A stretch of 64,000 nucleotides of DNA from Candidatus Eiseniibacteriota bacterium (GCA_041483195.1 JBGPFC010000018.1:1-64000); one strand, 5' to 3'. Shown: positions 1 to 9,637, numbered from the stretch's first letter. A program made the numbers and translations. Notes: generated by a model not told the origin, from the letters alone.

Positions 1-73
1 CGGGAAGCCACTCCTCGATGGAGGGCGGCAACAGCAACTGCTGATCGGGCTGGTACGGGCGGAAGGTCTTCAT
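1..73 (-). CDS. IS1182-family transposase, N-terminal part (truncated by window edge)
   Basis: Translates MKTFRPYQPDQQLLLPPSIEEWLP, the characteristic N-terminus of IS1182 transposases; absent from ORF track. Confidence 0.8.
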   Translation of the reverse strand, partial: MKTFRPYQPDQQLLLPPSIEEWLP

Positions 74-136
74 GTCCGCATCTTCCACACCGTCACCAGT
101 CCACGCCAGAACTTTGACGAATACTCGGACAGGCTC
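1..136 (-). mobile_element. Left end of an IS1182-family insertion sequence (runs off window edge)
   Basis: On the - strand, CTAG (137-140) is followed by GAGCCTGTCCGAGTATTCG (candidate terminal IR) and then a transposase start at 73. Confidence 0.75.
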
Positions 137-895
137 CTAGGCCGCGAACGCCTTCGGCACCACGATCCCGGTCTTCCACTGCTCCCAGGTCCGCCACGCG
201 TCGGACGACATCGTGCCCTTCAGCACGTGGCCCGAGACGTCGATCGTGACCTTGACGGCGTTTCCGATCATGACCTTGCCGCGGTTCTCGGCGTTCACCG
301 ATTCGCGCGTTCCGAAGAACACGTCGTGACCCGCGACCTCGACGAAGAGCGCCTCGCTCCCCGAGAGCTTCGCCTTCCAGTTCTGGCGGTGCACGCCCTC
401 GACCGCGATCTCGATGACGTCCTGCGATTCCTTGGTCTTCGCCTTGCGCACCGAGTCGACGAGCGCGTCCAGCTGGTTGAGCTCGGCATCCGATGGCTGC
501 TGGTCGAACGCGCTCGCGAAGCGGCGATAGCTCGCGATCCGGCGGCCGCCCCACACCAGCTGGAGGACGCCCAGCATGACCCAGTGGGATCCGCTCGAGC
601 CACCCTGGGTCAGCGCGAGCACGGTGAAGACGAGGTTGTAGACGCCGACCATCAGGAGCGTGACGCCGTCCGCGATGACTCCCACCGGCCGCGGCGCCGC
701 GATGTTCCACACTCCGGTGCCGAGCAGCACCAGGCCGAGGGTGGCGAGGATCCATTCCGTGGGGGGCATCAGTCCCATCACGAGCGCGACGGCTCCGAAT
801 ACGATGCTCCAGATCCCCGCGCTCTTGAGGCTCTTTCGAATCGTGCGGTAGTCGGCGATCTTCTGCATCGGGTGCGACGGTCCGGGGAGAGGCAT
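137..895 (-). CDS. Hypothetical membrane protein (about 4 TM helices plus soluble C-terminus)
   Basis: 252 aa ORF, AAAGGAGG SD upstream, hydrophobic N-terminal half. Confidence 0.8.
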   Translation of the reverse strand: MPLPGPSHPMQKIADYRTIRKSLKSAGIWSIVFGAVALVMGLMPPTEWILATLGLVLLGTGVWNIAAPRPVGVIADGVTLLMVGVYNLVFTVLALTQGGSSGSHWVMLGVLQLVWGGRRIASYRRFASAFDQQPSDAELNQLDALVDSVRKAKTKESQDVIEIAVEGVHRQNWKAKLSGSEALFVEVAGHDVFFGTRESVNAENRGKVMIGNAVKVTIDVSGHVLKGTMSSDAWRTWEQWKTGIVVPKAFAA

Positions 896-942
896 GGCGG
901 CCTCCTTTCGTTCCCCGGGTTTTCGGCAGCGCCCGCCCGGAT

Positions 943-1110
943 CTACACCCCCCGCGCGAGCCTCCTCGCGAGCGCCGTGAGCGCCAGCTTGGGCGCCTCC
1001 GGATCGACGAATCGCACGCGCTCAGGCCGCGCGATGGGTGATGATGTGGCGGACGCGTCGCGCGGTGCGCGTGTGTCGACCCGCACCCCGAGCCGCCGCA
1101 ACTCATCTCG
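943..1110 (-). pseudogene. Diverged, internally deleted remnant of the mutY 3' end
   Basis: Encodes ELRRLGV...RRVRHIITH / PIARPERVRFVD...LTALARRLARGV* versus MutY ELRRLGV...RRVRHTITH...PIARSQRMRFVN...LTALGRKLAKQK*. Confidence 0.85.
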
Positions 1111-1292
1111 ACTCGACCCCCAACAGGGAGCACGCTTCCTCTTCGCGCCGCCGAGGGCTCGCCCCGCGGCCCTGTGAGCCCAAGCCGCCTCAGGACCTCG
1201 CCCGCAGCAGCACCAGGGCACGCGCGCGGTCTTTCCTCGTTCCTTTCAGCACGCCGCGGGACCCCCCGCACCCGGCGGCCCGGAAGTGTCCG

Positions 1293-2914
1293 ATGAGATC
1301 GAGTCGCTGGTTCGCCCTCCTGCTCCTGCTCGGCCTTGGTGCCGCAGCGCCAGCTCGCGCGCAGGAGGATTTCAACTCGGTCGACGTCGCGGTGAACGTC
1401 CTGAAGGGCGCGACCGCGACCGACGATACGATCAAGGCAGTGCTCGCGGCCGCCAACGAGATCCTCAAGCAGGCGAAGGTCGAGCTGCAGCTCAAGAAGA
1501 CCAACCGGAATGTCTCGGACGGTGGAAACGACGACGGCGAGGTGACCGAGGACGAGCGCAAGCAGCCGGTCGCAGCCGGCGCCAAGGAACTCGACACGGT
1601 GTGCGGCAAGGGCAAGGGTTACAAGCTCACGATCGCGCTCGACGCGGATGTGGCGGACCAATCCAACGTCGGGCGCACCGGGCACGGGTTCGGGGTCACG
1701 ATCGCCGAGCTTCTCACCAACAACGGGGAGTCCGGCTACAACGTGGCGCACGAGTTCTGCCGCGCCTTCACCCTGGGCGCCAATCACAAGGTGAACGGGA
1801 CCACCAACGCAGACGGCACCGGACACGTTAACGACATCACGAACCTCATGGATCCGGCCATCGGCGACGGAACGACGCTCACCGCCGACCAGATCGCCGA
1901 GATCCGAAAGCGTGCGACCCGCCGCGGCACCGTGAAGCAGAAGGCGGGAAACGACGGCGCGGCACAGAAGAAGGGGCAGAAGGCCGGCGAGGACGTCGAC
2001 AAGAAATCGGGGGAGGGCGGCGAGCCCGCGGGCATCCTGCCGAAAAGCGACTTCCGGCGGTCGGGACTGTTCCTCGACGGGGGCGATGCGCTGGCTTCCG
2101 GCCACATCCAGATGCAGGGGCGGTTCGACAGCCTGGTGCCGACCCAGTGCCTTTGCACGATGTTCATCGATGCCGACGCCAACCCCGGCGCAGGCCAGCA
2201 CGAGATCGTGGACGGCCTGCCGATCGGCGCCGAGTACCTGGTGCAGATCACCGCGAGCGGGAACGGCGTTGACCCGATCCAGCTCTCGGGGTTTCTCGGG
2301 AACACGCTCACGCTGCAGCAGTTCCCGCTCGCCTCGCTAGAGCTCGAAACCGTCCTCGACATCGCGGACAAGGCACCGGGCGGGTGCCTTCCCTGCGCGA
2401 CGCCGACGCTCGATCAGATCGACTTCGAGGTCCACGCGGCGCAGCTCGGGCCGGTGCTCACGCCACTCCAGGTCGGCGTGCGATTCACGGATCAGATCGC
2501 GTTGACGGTGGACGAGATGCAGTTCCAGTTCCGCGAATGGCCTCGGGGCTGCCGCTGCTCACGCTCGACGACTACGGCGTCGCGCCGCTCGCGATCGTCC
2601 AGGCGACGGGAGACGGCTTCGCGCCATCGAGCCACGTCGTGATCACCGCCGACGACGCGCAGGTCGCCTCCGCGATCACCGATCCGTCCGGCCACTTCAC
2701 AGCCAACCTGCTGGCCCCGGGCGTGGGCGGCACGTTCTACTGGGTGAACGCGCAGGACGCGGGCGGAGGCGGCGATTTTAGCGTGCTGCACGTGACCGGC
2801 GTGGCTCCCCTCGTGCCCGCCGCTTCCGCGTGGGGGCTCGCGGCGCTCGGGGCATTGCTGGTGGCCGCGACCGCGCTCACGCTCCGGAGGCGGCGCGCGG
2901 TGCCGCCCGCCTGA
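1293..2914 (+). CDS. Secreted/surface protein with degenerate zincin-like motif and C-terminal IPTL-CTERM-like anchor; apparent frameshift at ~2545-2548
   Basis: Signal peptide MRSSRWFALLLLLGLGAAAPARA. Frame switches at a GGGG run. Second frame ends VPAASAWGLAALGALLVAATALTLRRRR. Confidence 0.7.
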
Positions 2915-2942
2915 CGCGGGGGACGCGCGCAGAGTCCCCTGG

Positions 2943-2987
2943 TTCTGCTTCGCCAGCTTTCGCCCGAGCGCCGTGAGTGGAACGCGC
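2943..2987 (-). repeat. Direct-repeat copy of the mutY 3' end (43/45 identical to 6252-6296)
   Basis: ttctgcttcgccagctttc(gc/ta)ccgagcgccgtgagtggaacgcgc. Confidence 0.95.
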
Positions 2988-3000
2988 GGCCGCCGCGCGA

Positions 3001-6000
3001 TCAACGCACGATCGCGACCTTCTTGGCGCGTGATTCGCCGGCCTGCCTGAGACGCAGGAAGAACACCCCTGGCGAAATGTCCCGAATGCTGCCGAGTCCC
3101 ATCTGGTGAGGGCCGGCTCCGAGTCCGCCAACGCTTCGCGATCGAACGATGCGCCCGCTCGCGTCAATCAACTCGAGCGTGGATGGACCGGCGCTTGCGA
3201 GCGTGAATTGCACGCTCACCTCACCCGCCGCCGGGTTGGGACTTGCCCCGGCGAGTGCCAACACAAACGCGATCGGCACCTCGACCGAGGCCCTGCCGGT
3301 CCAGTCGCTGTCGCCGTCGGTGGCCAGCCTGATTCGATACTCGTAGCGCCGACCCGGAGTGACTTGCCGGTCCTCGAACACGATCCGCCCGCTCCCGTCC
3401 GCGGCGGCCACGGCGATGGATCGCCAGTCCTCCCTCGCCGCCCGCCGGTGAATGTCGAACTCGCGCCCCGCCGCATCCGGCGCATACCAGGCGAGCCGCA
3501 CGCGATCGGGCGCTGCGTCGGCGCTCACAAGCGAGAGCTGTGCGGGAACCGGAATGTCGGCCGACAATCGCTGGGCGAAAACGTCCTGCGTCCCGTTCCG
3601 ATCGTCAGTCCACATCAGGATGGCGCCGCCGATCCCATCGGCGATCATTCTCACGTAGTCGTGCGTGCTCGCGACGGTGCAAAACGGATTTCCGTTGGCA
3701 GTCCAACCATCCGCGAGCGTGCCCGCGGCCGTGAGCCGCACTGCGTAGAGGTCGTTGACACCGAACCGATAGTCCACCCAGCCGAAGTACGCGCCGCCAT
3801 CCGGGCCTCGCGTGGTGCTCGGCGTGTACCATGGCCCTGCGGGGCTCACGACGGTTCCGGTCACGCTCCAGCCGGGGGCGGCGACCCCTCCCACTCCCAG
3901 GCGCAGACCGAGCAAGCCTCTGTCAGTGGCGGCGCCGCCCGCGAGCACACCGCCCTGGCCGTCGGGCGCGATGTTCCAGGGGGAGAATGTAGTCGGCAAC
4001 AGAATGGACCAGCCGGGTGCACCGGACGCATAGATCCGACTGAGGTCCCAGGATCCGGTGCGGCCCATTTCGTAGAGGAGCCCTGCTGCACCGTCAGACG
4101 CCACCGTCGGAGGAGCGGCCGCGTCAACCCCGGCGGTGATATCCATGACCGATGTGGACGCGGATCCGAAAACGCGAACGAGCTCGGCGTAGTACCTTTC
4201 GGGCGGACAGCCGTGCTGAGAACAGGTGGGCGTGTAGGTTCGAAAAGCAACATAGCCTCCACCCGCGCCGTCGGAGACGATACCTGGACTCGAACTCAGG
4301 GAATACGGCCTCTCGACCGGCAGCCCGGCCGCGGGCCACCCCGTGGGCACGGTGCCCGCACCGGTGATGCGGTAGGCATAGACCGCGACCGGAAGGTTGT
4401 CGCGCCAGTCCGCGGCGGCCAAGATCGCGCCGCCCAGACCGTCTGCGTCCATCGAGAGGGAAGTTTGAGAGCTAGCCGCGCAAACGCGAACACCCTCGGG
4501 CTGCCAGCCCGGTGCGATCGCTCCGCCCGCGAGCAGGCGCTGGGCGTAGATCGCCAAATATCCGTCGCGAGTGTCATGCCACGCAATGATGGCACCCCCG
4601 ACACCGTCCGACACGATGGACGGCGAGCCCTGGTCGGGAGCAGACGTGCAAACCGGCGCCCCACCCGGCGTCCAGCCTGGAACCACCTGACCCGAGACAT
4701 TGAGTCGCACGGCATAGACCCTGTTTCCACTCGATGACCGCCCATCCCGCCATGTGAGGATCGCACCACCCAATCCGTCGGCGATCCCGGTGAGATCCCG
4801 TTGTTGTCCGGTGCCCACCGACACCGGAAGTCCCTGCGCCGTCCAGCGCCCAACCAGCGGAGCGAACGCCACTACCGGGCCGCCGGTACCACAACTGTCC
4901 AGGTACGCCGTGAAATTGTCGGCACCGTAGTTGGCTGCGATGAGATCAGGATGCCCGTCTCCGTTCACATCTCCTGCTTCGAGCGAATAGGGCTGGGTGT
5001 CCGCGATGTAGCTCTGCGGGCCGGAAAAGCCGCCGTCCCCGACCCCGCCAGTCCCAGTGCCGACCAAGAGTGCCAGACGGTTACTCGCGGCGACGGCGAG
5101 CACGCAATCGAGAATTCCGTCTCGTGTGTAGTCGCTGACTGCCATCCCCTGGGTCGCGCCCCCCGCGGAGTAGTAGTTGGGTGGTGAAAAGGTCCCGTCA
5201 CCGTGCCCCGCGCTCCCGTGACCGATCAATACCCGCATTCCATTCGCGTTCGTGACCGCCAGGTCCAGAATCGCATCGCCGTTGAAATCTCGAGCTTCGA
5301 CATTCCAAATCGTGTTGCCGATCGAAATGACGGTTGGCGGGCCGAATCCTCCATCGCCCACGCCCCCCGATCCTGTGCCCGCCACGATGTCGATCTGACT
5401 CGGGCCGTACAACACCACCGCGAGATCGGCGATGCCGTCCCCGTTGAAGTCGCCGGCCGTTGCGGTCGCCGGATACGACGTGCTGTTCCCGAGCACATAG
5501 GTCGTGGGCACGGCAAAGAGACCTAGACCGTTCCCGGTCCCGATCTGGCCGAGCAGAACCGAGATCGTCCCGGCGGTGAGGTTCAGAGCGACGAGATCGA
5601 GCCGGCCATCCGCGTTGAGGTCGCGCGCGACGAGAAACGTCGGATCCGGGCCCGCGGCGTAAGCCACCGGAACAAGAAAGTTCGCAGCCGGCCCGGTTCC
5701 CTGTCCGCGCAACAAGTACACCGATCCGGTGAGGTAGTCCCCGCTGATCAGGTCGGCGTTGCCGTCGCGATCGAAGTCCCCGGCCACGATGTGAAAGGGA
5801 TCACCGGGAACTGAGATAGACGCGCCCACGCCAAAGTGCCCGTCGCCACTCCCCCAGTGGACGGTGACAGTTCCAGCCTGGCCGGTCTTCGGAGGGTAAT
5901 TGCTGTTTGCCACTGCAACGTCCGGCCGACCGTCGCCATTCAAGTCGGCGATCGCAATTCCGTGCGGGTGGCTTCCGGCAACCTGAGGAGGAAAAGGGAG

Positions 6001-6111
6001 GAGGACCGACGCCGGATCGCATGGCGCGTCGGCGGTGGCAGTCCGGACGACGGCGATCAACCCCAGGATCAGCAGGCGGTACGGGCAAACGCGCGCGCAC
6101 TGCACGGCCAT
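3001..6111 (-). CDS. Secreted FG-GAP/VCBS-repeat protein with DGxGG-repeat propeller and FlgD/T9SS-type C-terminal domain
   Basis: Signal peptide; repeated D(L/F)NGDGxxD motifs; 8 DGxGG repeats; C-terminal PNP...IDASGRIVR...GVFFLRL. Confidence 0.85.
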   Translation of the reverse strand: MAVQCARVCPYRLLILGLIAVVRTATADAPCDPASVLLPFPPQVAGSHPHGIAIADLNGDGRPDVAVANSNYPPKTGQAGTVTVHWGSGDGHFGVGASISVPGDPFHIVAGDFDRDGNADLISGDYLTGSVYLLRGQGTGPAANFLVPVAYAAGPDPTFLVARDLNADGRLDLVALNLTAGTISVLLGQIGTGNGLGLFAVPTTYVLGNSTSYPATATAGDFNGDGIADLAVVLYGPSQIDIVAGTGSGGVGDGGFGPPTVISIGNTIWNVEARDFNGDAILDLAVTNANGMRVLIGHGSAGHGDGTFSPPNYYSAGGATQGMAVSDYTRDGILDCVLAVAASNRLALLVGTGTGGVGDGGFSGPQSYIADTQPYSLEAGDVNGDGHPDLIAANYGADNFTAYLDSCGTGGPVVAFAPLVGRWTAQGLPVSVGTGQQRDLTGIADGLGGAILTWRDGRSSSGNRVYAVRLNVSGQVVPGWTPGGAPVCTSAPDQGSPSIVSDGVGGAIIAWHDTRDGYLAIYAQRLLAGGAIAPGWQPEGVRVCAASSQTSLSMDADGLGGAILAAADWRDNLPVAVYAYRITGAGTVPTGWPAAGLPVERPYSLSSSPGIVSDGAGGGYVAFRTYTPTCSQHGCPPERYYAELVRVFGSASTSVMDITAGVDAAAPPTVASDGAAGLLYEMGRTGSWDLSRIYASGAPGWSILLPTTFSPWNIAPDGQGGVLAGGAATDRGLLGLRLGVGGVAAPGWSVTGTVVSPAGPWYTPSTTRGPDGGAYFGWVDYRFGVNDLYAVRLTAAGTLADGWTANGNPFCTVASTHDYVRMIADGIGGAILMWTDDRNGTQDVFAQRLSADIPVPAQLSLVSADAAPDRVRLAWYAPDAAGREFDIHRRAAREDWRSIAVAAADGSGRIVFEDRQVTPGRRYEYRIRLATDGDSDWTGRASVEVPIAFVLALAGASPNPAAGEVSVQFTLASAGPSTLELIDASGRIVRSRSVGGLGAGPHQMGLGSIRDISPGVFFLRLRQAGESRAKKVAIVR

Positions 6112-6247
6112 GGCGGCTCCCTTCGAAACGGCTTCGGCGACGCATCGAGCTTACGCCGGCGGAAGCCAATTACAAACGAGGAAAGTGGGAGACCGGCTCC
6201 ACCGGAAGCGCATCGGCCGCCGCGCTGAGGGACCCGCCCCAACGTCA

Positions 6248-7321
6248 CTACTTCTGCTTCGCCAGCTTTCTACCGAGCGCCGTGAGTGGAACGCGCCGCG
6301 CGCACGCATTCACGAACCGCATCCGCTGAGACCGCGCGATGGGCGCGACCAGCGCCCCGTGCCACACCTCGACCTCGATCGCGCGATGCGTGATGGTGTG
6401 GCGCACCCGCCGTGTCGTTCGCTCGATCCGCGCGAGCACACCGAGTCGCCGCAGCTCTGCCCGCAACGCCGGCGCGGCGTCTTCACCGTGCGCAAGCTCC
6501 ACCCCCGGCGGCTCCCACAGTCCATCGAGCAGCGCGCCCTCGCGGCGCGTGACCAGCAATCGGCCGTCGCGCAGGATCACCGCCACCGCGCGGCGCAGCG
6601 TCTCGGTCGCGCGGCGCGCCGCGACCGGCGGAAATTCCGCGACGCGCCCCCGCGCGCGCGCCCGGCACCACCTCGCCACCGGGCACTCGCCGCAGCGCGG
6701 CGCGCGCGGCACGCACACCGTCGCGCCCAATTCCATCAGCGCCTGGTTCCAGTCCCCCGGCTCCTTCGCCGGAACCAGCTCGGTCGCGATCGCCCACAGG
6801 GCCCGCGCGCCGCGCGGGTCGCGGATCGCGGCCGGCAGCGCGTAGAGGCGCGACAGCACGCGCGCGACGTTGCCATCAAGCACGGGCAGCGGCCGGTCGA
6901 AACAAATGGAGAGCACGGCGCCCACGGTGTAGCGGCCGACGCCCGGCAACGCGCGGAAGCTCTCGGGATCGCTCGGCACGCGGCCGCCGTGCTCGCGCAC
7001 CACGAGCCGCGCGGCGGCGTGCAGATGGCGGGCGCGGCGGTAGTAACCGAGCCCTGACCAGGCGGCGAGCACCGAATCGGGGCGCGCGCGCGCGAGCGCG
7101 TCGAGGCGCGGGAAGCGATCGAGGAAGGCCTTATAATAAGGTAGCGCCGTGGCGACCTGCGTCTGCTGGAGCATCACCTCCGAGACCCAGATGCGATACG
7201 GGTCACGGGTCGAACGCCATGGCATGGGCCGCCCGTGCCGCCGATACCATGTGCGCAGGGCGCGATGAAGCGCCGCGGGTGGAACCGCGAGGCCGGCATT
7301 TTCGAGGAGTGTCCGCGACAT
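6248..7321 (-). CDS. mutY: A/G-specific adenine glycosylase MutY
   Basis: DPYRIWVSEVMLQQTQV, WSGLGYYRRAR, LPGVGRYT HhH, VLDGNVARV, Cx6Cx2Cx5C Fe-S motif, NUDIX-like C-terminus; exact start uncertain. Confidence 0.95.
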   Translation of the reverse strand: MSRTLLENAGLAVPPAALHRALRTWYRRHGRPMPWRSTRDPYRIWVSEVMLQQTQVATALPYYKAFLDRFPRLDALARARPDSVLAAWSGLGYYRRARHLHAAARLVVREHGGRVPSDPESFRALPGVGRYTVGAVLSICFDRPLPVLDGNVARVLSRLYALPAAIRDPRGARALWAIATELVPAKEPGDWNQALMELGATVCVPRAPRCGECPVARWCRARARGRVAEFPPVAARRATETLRRAVAVILRDGRLLVTRREGALLDGLWEPPGVELAHGEDAAPALRAELRRLGVLARIERTTRRVRHTITHRAIEVEVWHGALVAPIARSQRMRFVNACARRVPLTALGRKLAKQK

Positions 7322-8159
7322 GTCTGCTCCCGATCGCATACGTGACGACTTCGTGCGGAGCGTGAATCGCCCGGAATCCGCCATCGAGCTGGCGCGGGTG
7401 GCGCTGCTGGTGGCGGCCGAGTCGGACCTCAACGTGGACATCGACGGCACGATGCGCCAGCTCGAGACCTGGGCCGACGAGTTCCGCGCCCGCATCGAGC
7501 CCGACTGGAACAACCTCCAGAAGCTCGCGCGGCTGCGCACCTACGTGTTCGAAGAGCTGGGCTTTCGCGGCGATCGCCGAGATTACTACAGCCCGAGCAA
7601 TTCTCTGCTGCACGAGGTGATCAAGCGCCGCCGCGGCGTGCCGCTGACCCTCGCGATCGTGTTCATGGAGCTGGGCTGGCGCGCCGGGATTCCGTTCGAG
7701 GGGGTGGGATTCCCCGGGCACTTCCTGGTGCGCCTCCCGGGCGAGCCTCGCGACCTGCTGCTCGATCCCTACAAGCGCGGGATGTCGGTGCACGAGGAGG
7801 ACTGCCGCCAGATGCTGCTCGAGGCGACCGGCGGCCGCATGAGCTACGACCAGCGTCTCACCGTCTCGGTCGGCAAGCGCGACATGGTCGTGCGCCTGCT
7901 CCACAACCTGAAGGGCTCCTACCTGCGCGCGGGCGAGGACGCGCTCGCGCTGACGGCGGTCGAGCGCCTGCTCCTGCTCTCACCGGGCGATCCCGACGAG
8001 ATCCGCGACCGCGGCCTGCTGCTGTTCCGGCTGCGGCGCTACCGCGCGGCGCTCGATTCGCTGCGGGCCTACCTCGCCACCATGCCGCTCGCGCACGATC
8101 GCGAGACGATCGAGAGCCACATCGCAGCGCTGCGCGAGATGATCTCGAGCATGAACTGA
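7320..8159 (+). CDS. SirB1/YchA-family transglutaminase-like protein with TPR
   Basis: GFRGDRRDYYSPSNSLLHEVIKRRRGVPLTL, GVGFPGHFLV, C-terminal EIRDRGL TPR; GAGGAG SD. Confidence 0.85.
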   Translation: MSAPDRIRDDFVRSVNRPESAIELARVALLVAAESDLNVDIDGTMRQLETWADEFRARIEPDWNNLQKLARLRTYVFEELGFRGDRRDYYSPSNSLLHEVIKRRRGVPLTLAIVFMELGWRAGIPFEGVGFPGHFLVRLPGEPRDLLLDPYKRGMSVHEEDCRQMLLEATGGRMSYDQRLTVSVGKRDMVVRLLHNLKGSYLRAGEDALALTAVERLLLLSPGDPDEIRDRGLLLFRLRRYRAALDSLRAYLATMPLAHDRETIESHIAALREMISSMN

Positions 8160-8210
8160 GGGGCGGCGCGCGGCGCGATCTCGAGCGCGCGCGTCAGGCG
8201 CTCGCGGACC

Positions 8211-8414
8211 TCAGCGCTTCGGGGTGAACGCCGCGGACGATGCGTCCTTGAGGTTCGGCGTCTTCTGCTGCGAGCCGGTCCACGCGCAGGCCATCACCAC
8301 GCCGCAGCGCGGGCACTCCATGTGCGCGCTCCGCCCTTCCTCGGCGGTCGGCATCCAGCGATCCATCTTGGTCTGGCACCCCGGCGTGTAGCACAGATAG
8401 ACGCACAGTGGCAT
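8211..8414 (-). CDS. Small zinc-ribbon protein
   Basis: 67 aa with CYTPGC and CPRC motifs. Confidence 0.65.
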   Translation of the reverse strand: MPLCVYLCYTPGCQTKMDRWMPTAEEGRSAHMECPRCGVVMACAWTGSQQKTPNLKDASSAAFTPKR

Positions 8415-8446
8415 CGCGACTCCGTCGTTGAATGATTCCTTCTGCC

Positions 8447-9637
8447 TCAGCGCGGCGCGAGCACCGCGGATGTGTTGTCGAACGTCAGCGCGTGCAGCGT
8501 GAGCCCCGGCGCATCGGGTGAAAGCTTGAGCACGTGCTCCCCGGATCCGCGCGCCAGGATGTAGAGGCGGGGCTCGGTCACCTCCACGTACGACGCGCCG
8601 CGCGCATCGCGCATCGCGTCGTCGCCGAGCGCGTCGGCGGGCAGCCAGGCTTCATCGCGCAGGATCCAGAGTCGCGCCGCGCCAGAGCGCGGCGGGCTCG
8701 CGACCACGCCGACCCGCTCCAGCGCGGAGCGGCCGTCAGCATAGCGGATCGCGAGAAAATTCGCCGCCCCGCCACGGGCCGCCGCCAGCCCGTCGGCGAG
8801 CAGCGTCCAGCTCCCCACCGGATAGGGCGTGAGCGGCTCGCCCTCCTGATCGAAGCGGAACGGAGCCACGAAGGTCTGCGGCGCGCCCGGCTTCACGTTC
8901 GCGAGCGGCCCGCGCAGGTCGGGCCTCGCGCCCAGCGCGACGCTGACGCAGGCCATCGCGGGCTCATCGGGCGCGCGAGCGCGCTCGGGCTCGGCCGGGA
9001 ATCCCAGACCGGGACGCCAGCGGCGCAGCTCGCGCCGGATCGCGGTCTCGCCCGCGCTCAGATCGAATGGCTCGACCAGCCCGCCGCGGAACACGATCGA
9101 GCCCCGCGCATCCGCGACGGCGAAGCGCGGCGCGTCGCGATCCGATGGCGCAGCGGACGGAGAGTCGGCGGGATCCGGGGGGAGATCGATCCTGCGCTGC
9201 GGGTCGATGGCGATCGGAAATTCGAGGCGGAGCCGCCGCGCGAAGCGCGCGGGCACGGCCGAATCCGCCGCGAACGCGTACTGCGGATGGTGAACGCCGA
9301 CCACGCGCACGCCGTAGCGTGCGTACGCCTCGTGCCACGCCTCGAGCCCGCGCAGGACCATCGCGCTCCGCGGATCGGTATCGGTGAAGATCGCGAGCAC
9401 CACCGGGTGTAGGGCGAGCGAGTCTTCGCCGGCCGCGCGGCCGCCGAGCCACCCGGCGGCGCCCGCGAGCGATGGAAGCCGCGCGGCTCCACCACGGCCC
9501 ACGACCCGCATGACCGGGGAGTTCGGCCCGAGCCGTTCGATCAGCCGCGGCACGATCTCCGAAAGGGGCGGCGCCAGGGCCGCGACCACCAGCCCGATCA
9601 CCAGCGCGAGGACGAGGTGATGCCGTTGCGGACGCAC
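8447..9637 (-). CDS. DipZ-like thioredoxin-fold protein lacking CxxC
   Basis: VVGVHHPQYAF...FPIAID resembles the DipZ/TlpA redoxin domain; C-terminal PRLYIL...HVLKL...HALTF resembles the DipZ C-domain; GTG start inferred. Confidence 0.6.
   Translation of the reverse strand: MRPQRHHLVLALVIGLVVAALAPPLSEIVPRLIERLGPNSPVMRVVGRGGAARLPSLAGAAGWLGGRAAGEDSLALHPVVLAIFTDTDPRSAMVLRGLEAWHEAYARYGVRVVGVHHPQYAFAADSAVPARFARRLRLEFPIAIDPQRRIDLPPDPADSPSAAPSDRDAPRFAVADARGSIVFRGGLVEPFDLSAGETAIRRELRRWRPGLGFPAEPERARAPDEPAMACVSVALGARPDLRGPLANVKPGAPQTFVAPFRFDQEGEPLTPYPVGSWTLLADGLAAARGGAANFLAIRYADGRSALERVGVVASPPRSGAARLWILRDEAWLPADALGDDAMRDARGASYVEVTEPRLYILARGSGEHVLKLSPDAPGLTLHALTFDNTSAVLAPR

Noticed and set aside
93..2201. 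702-aa minus-strand ORF and the many other long antisense or alternate-frame ORFs (e.g. 14714-18187, 33138-36371, 45586-48546)
   Set aside because: Arg/Ala/Pro-rich shadow ORFs expected in very GC-rich DNA; each overlaps a gene with recognisable motifs
1118..6243. GTTGGGG (- strand) near two mutY-islet junctions resembling integron core sites
   Set aside because: Does not fit GTTRRRY, and there is no paired RYYYAAC/attC hairpin or integron integrase
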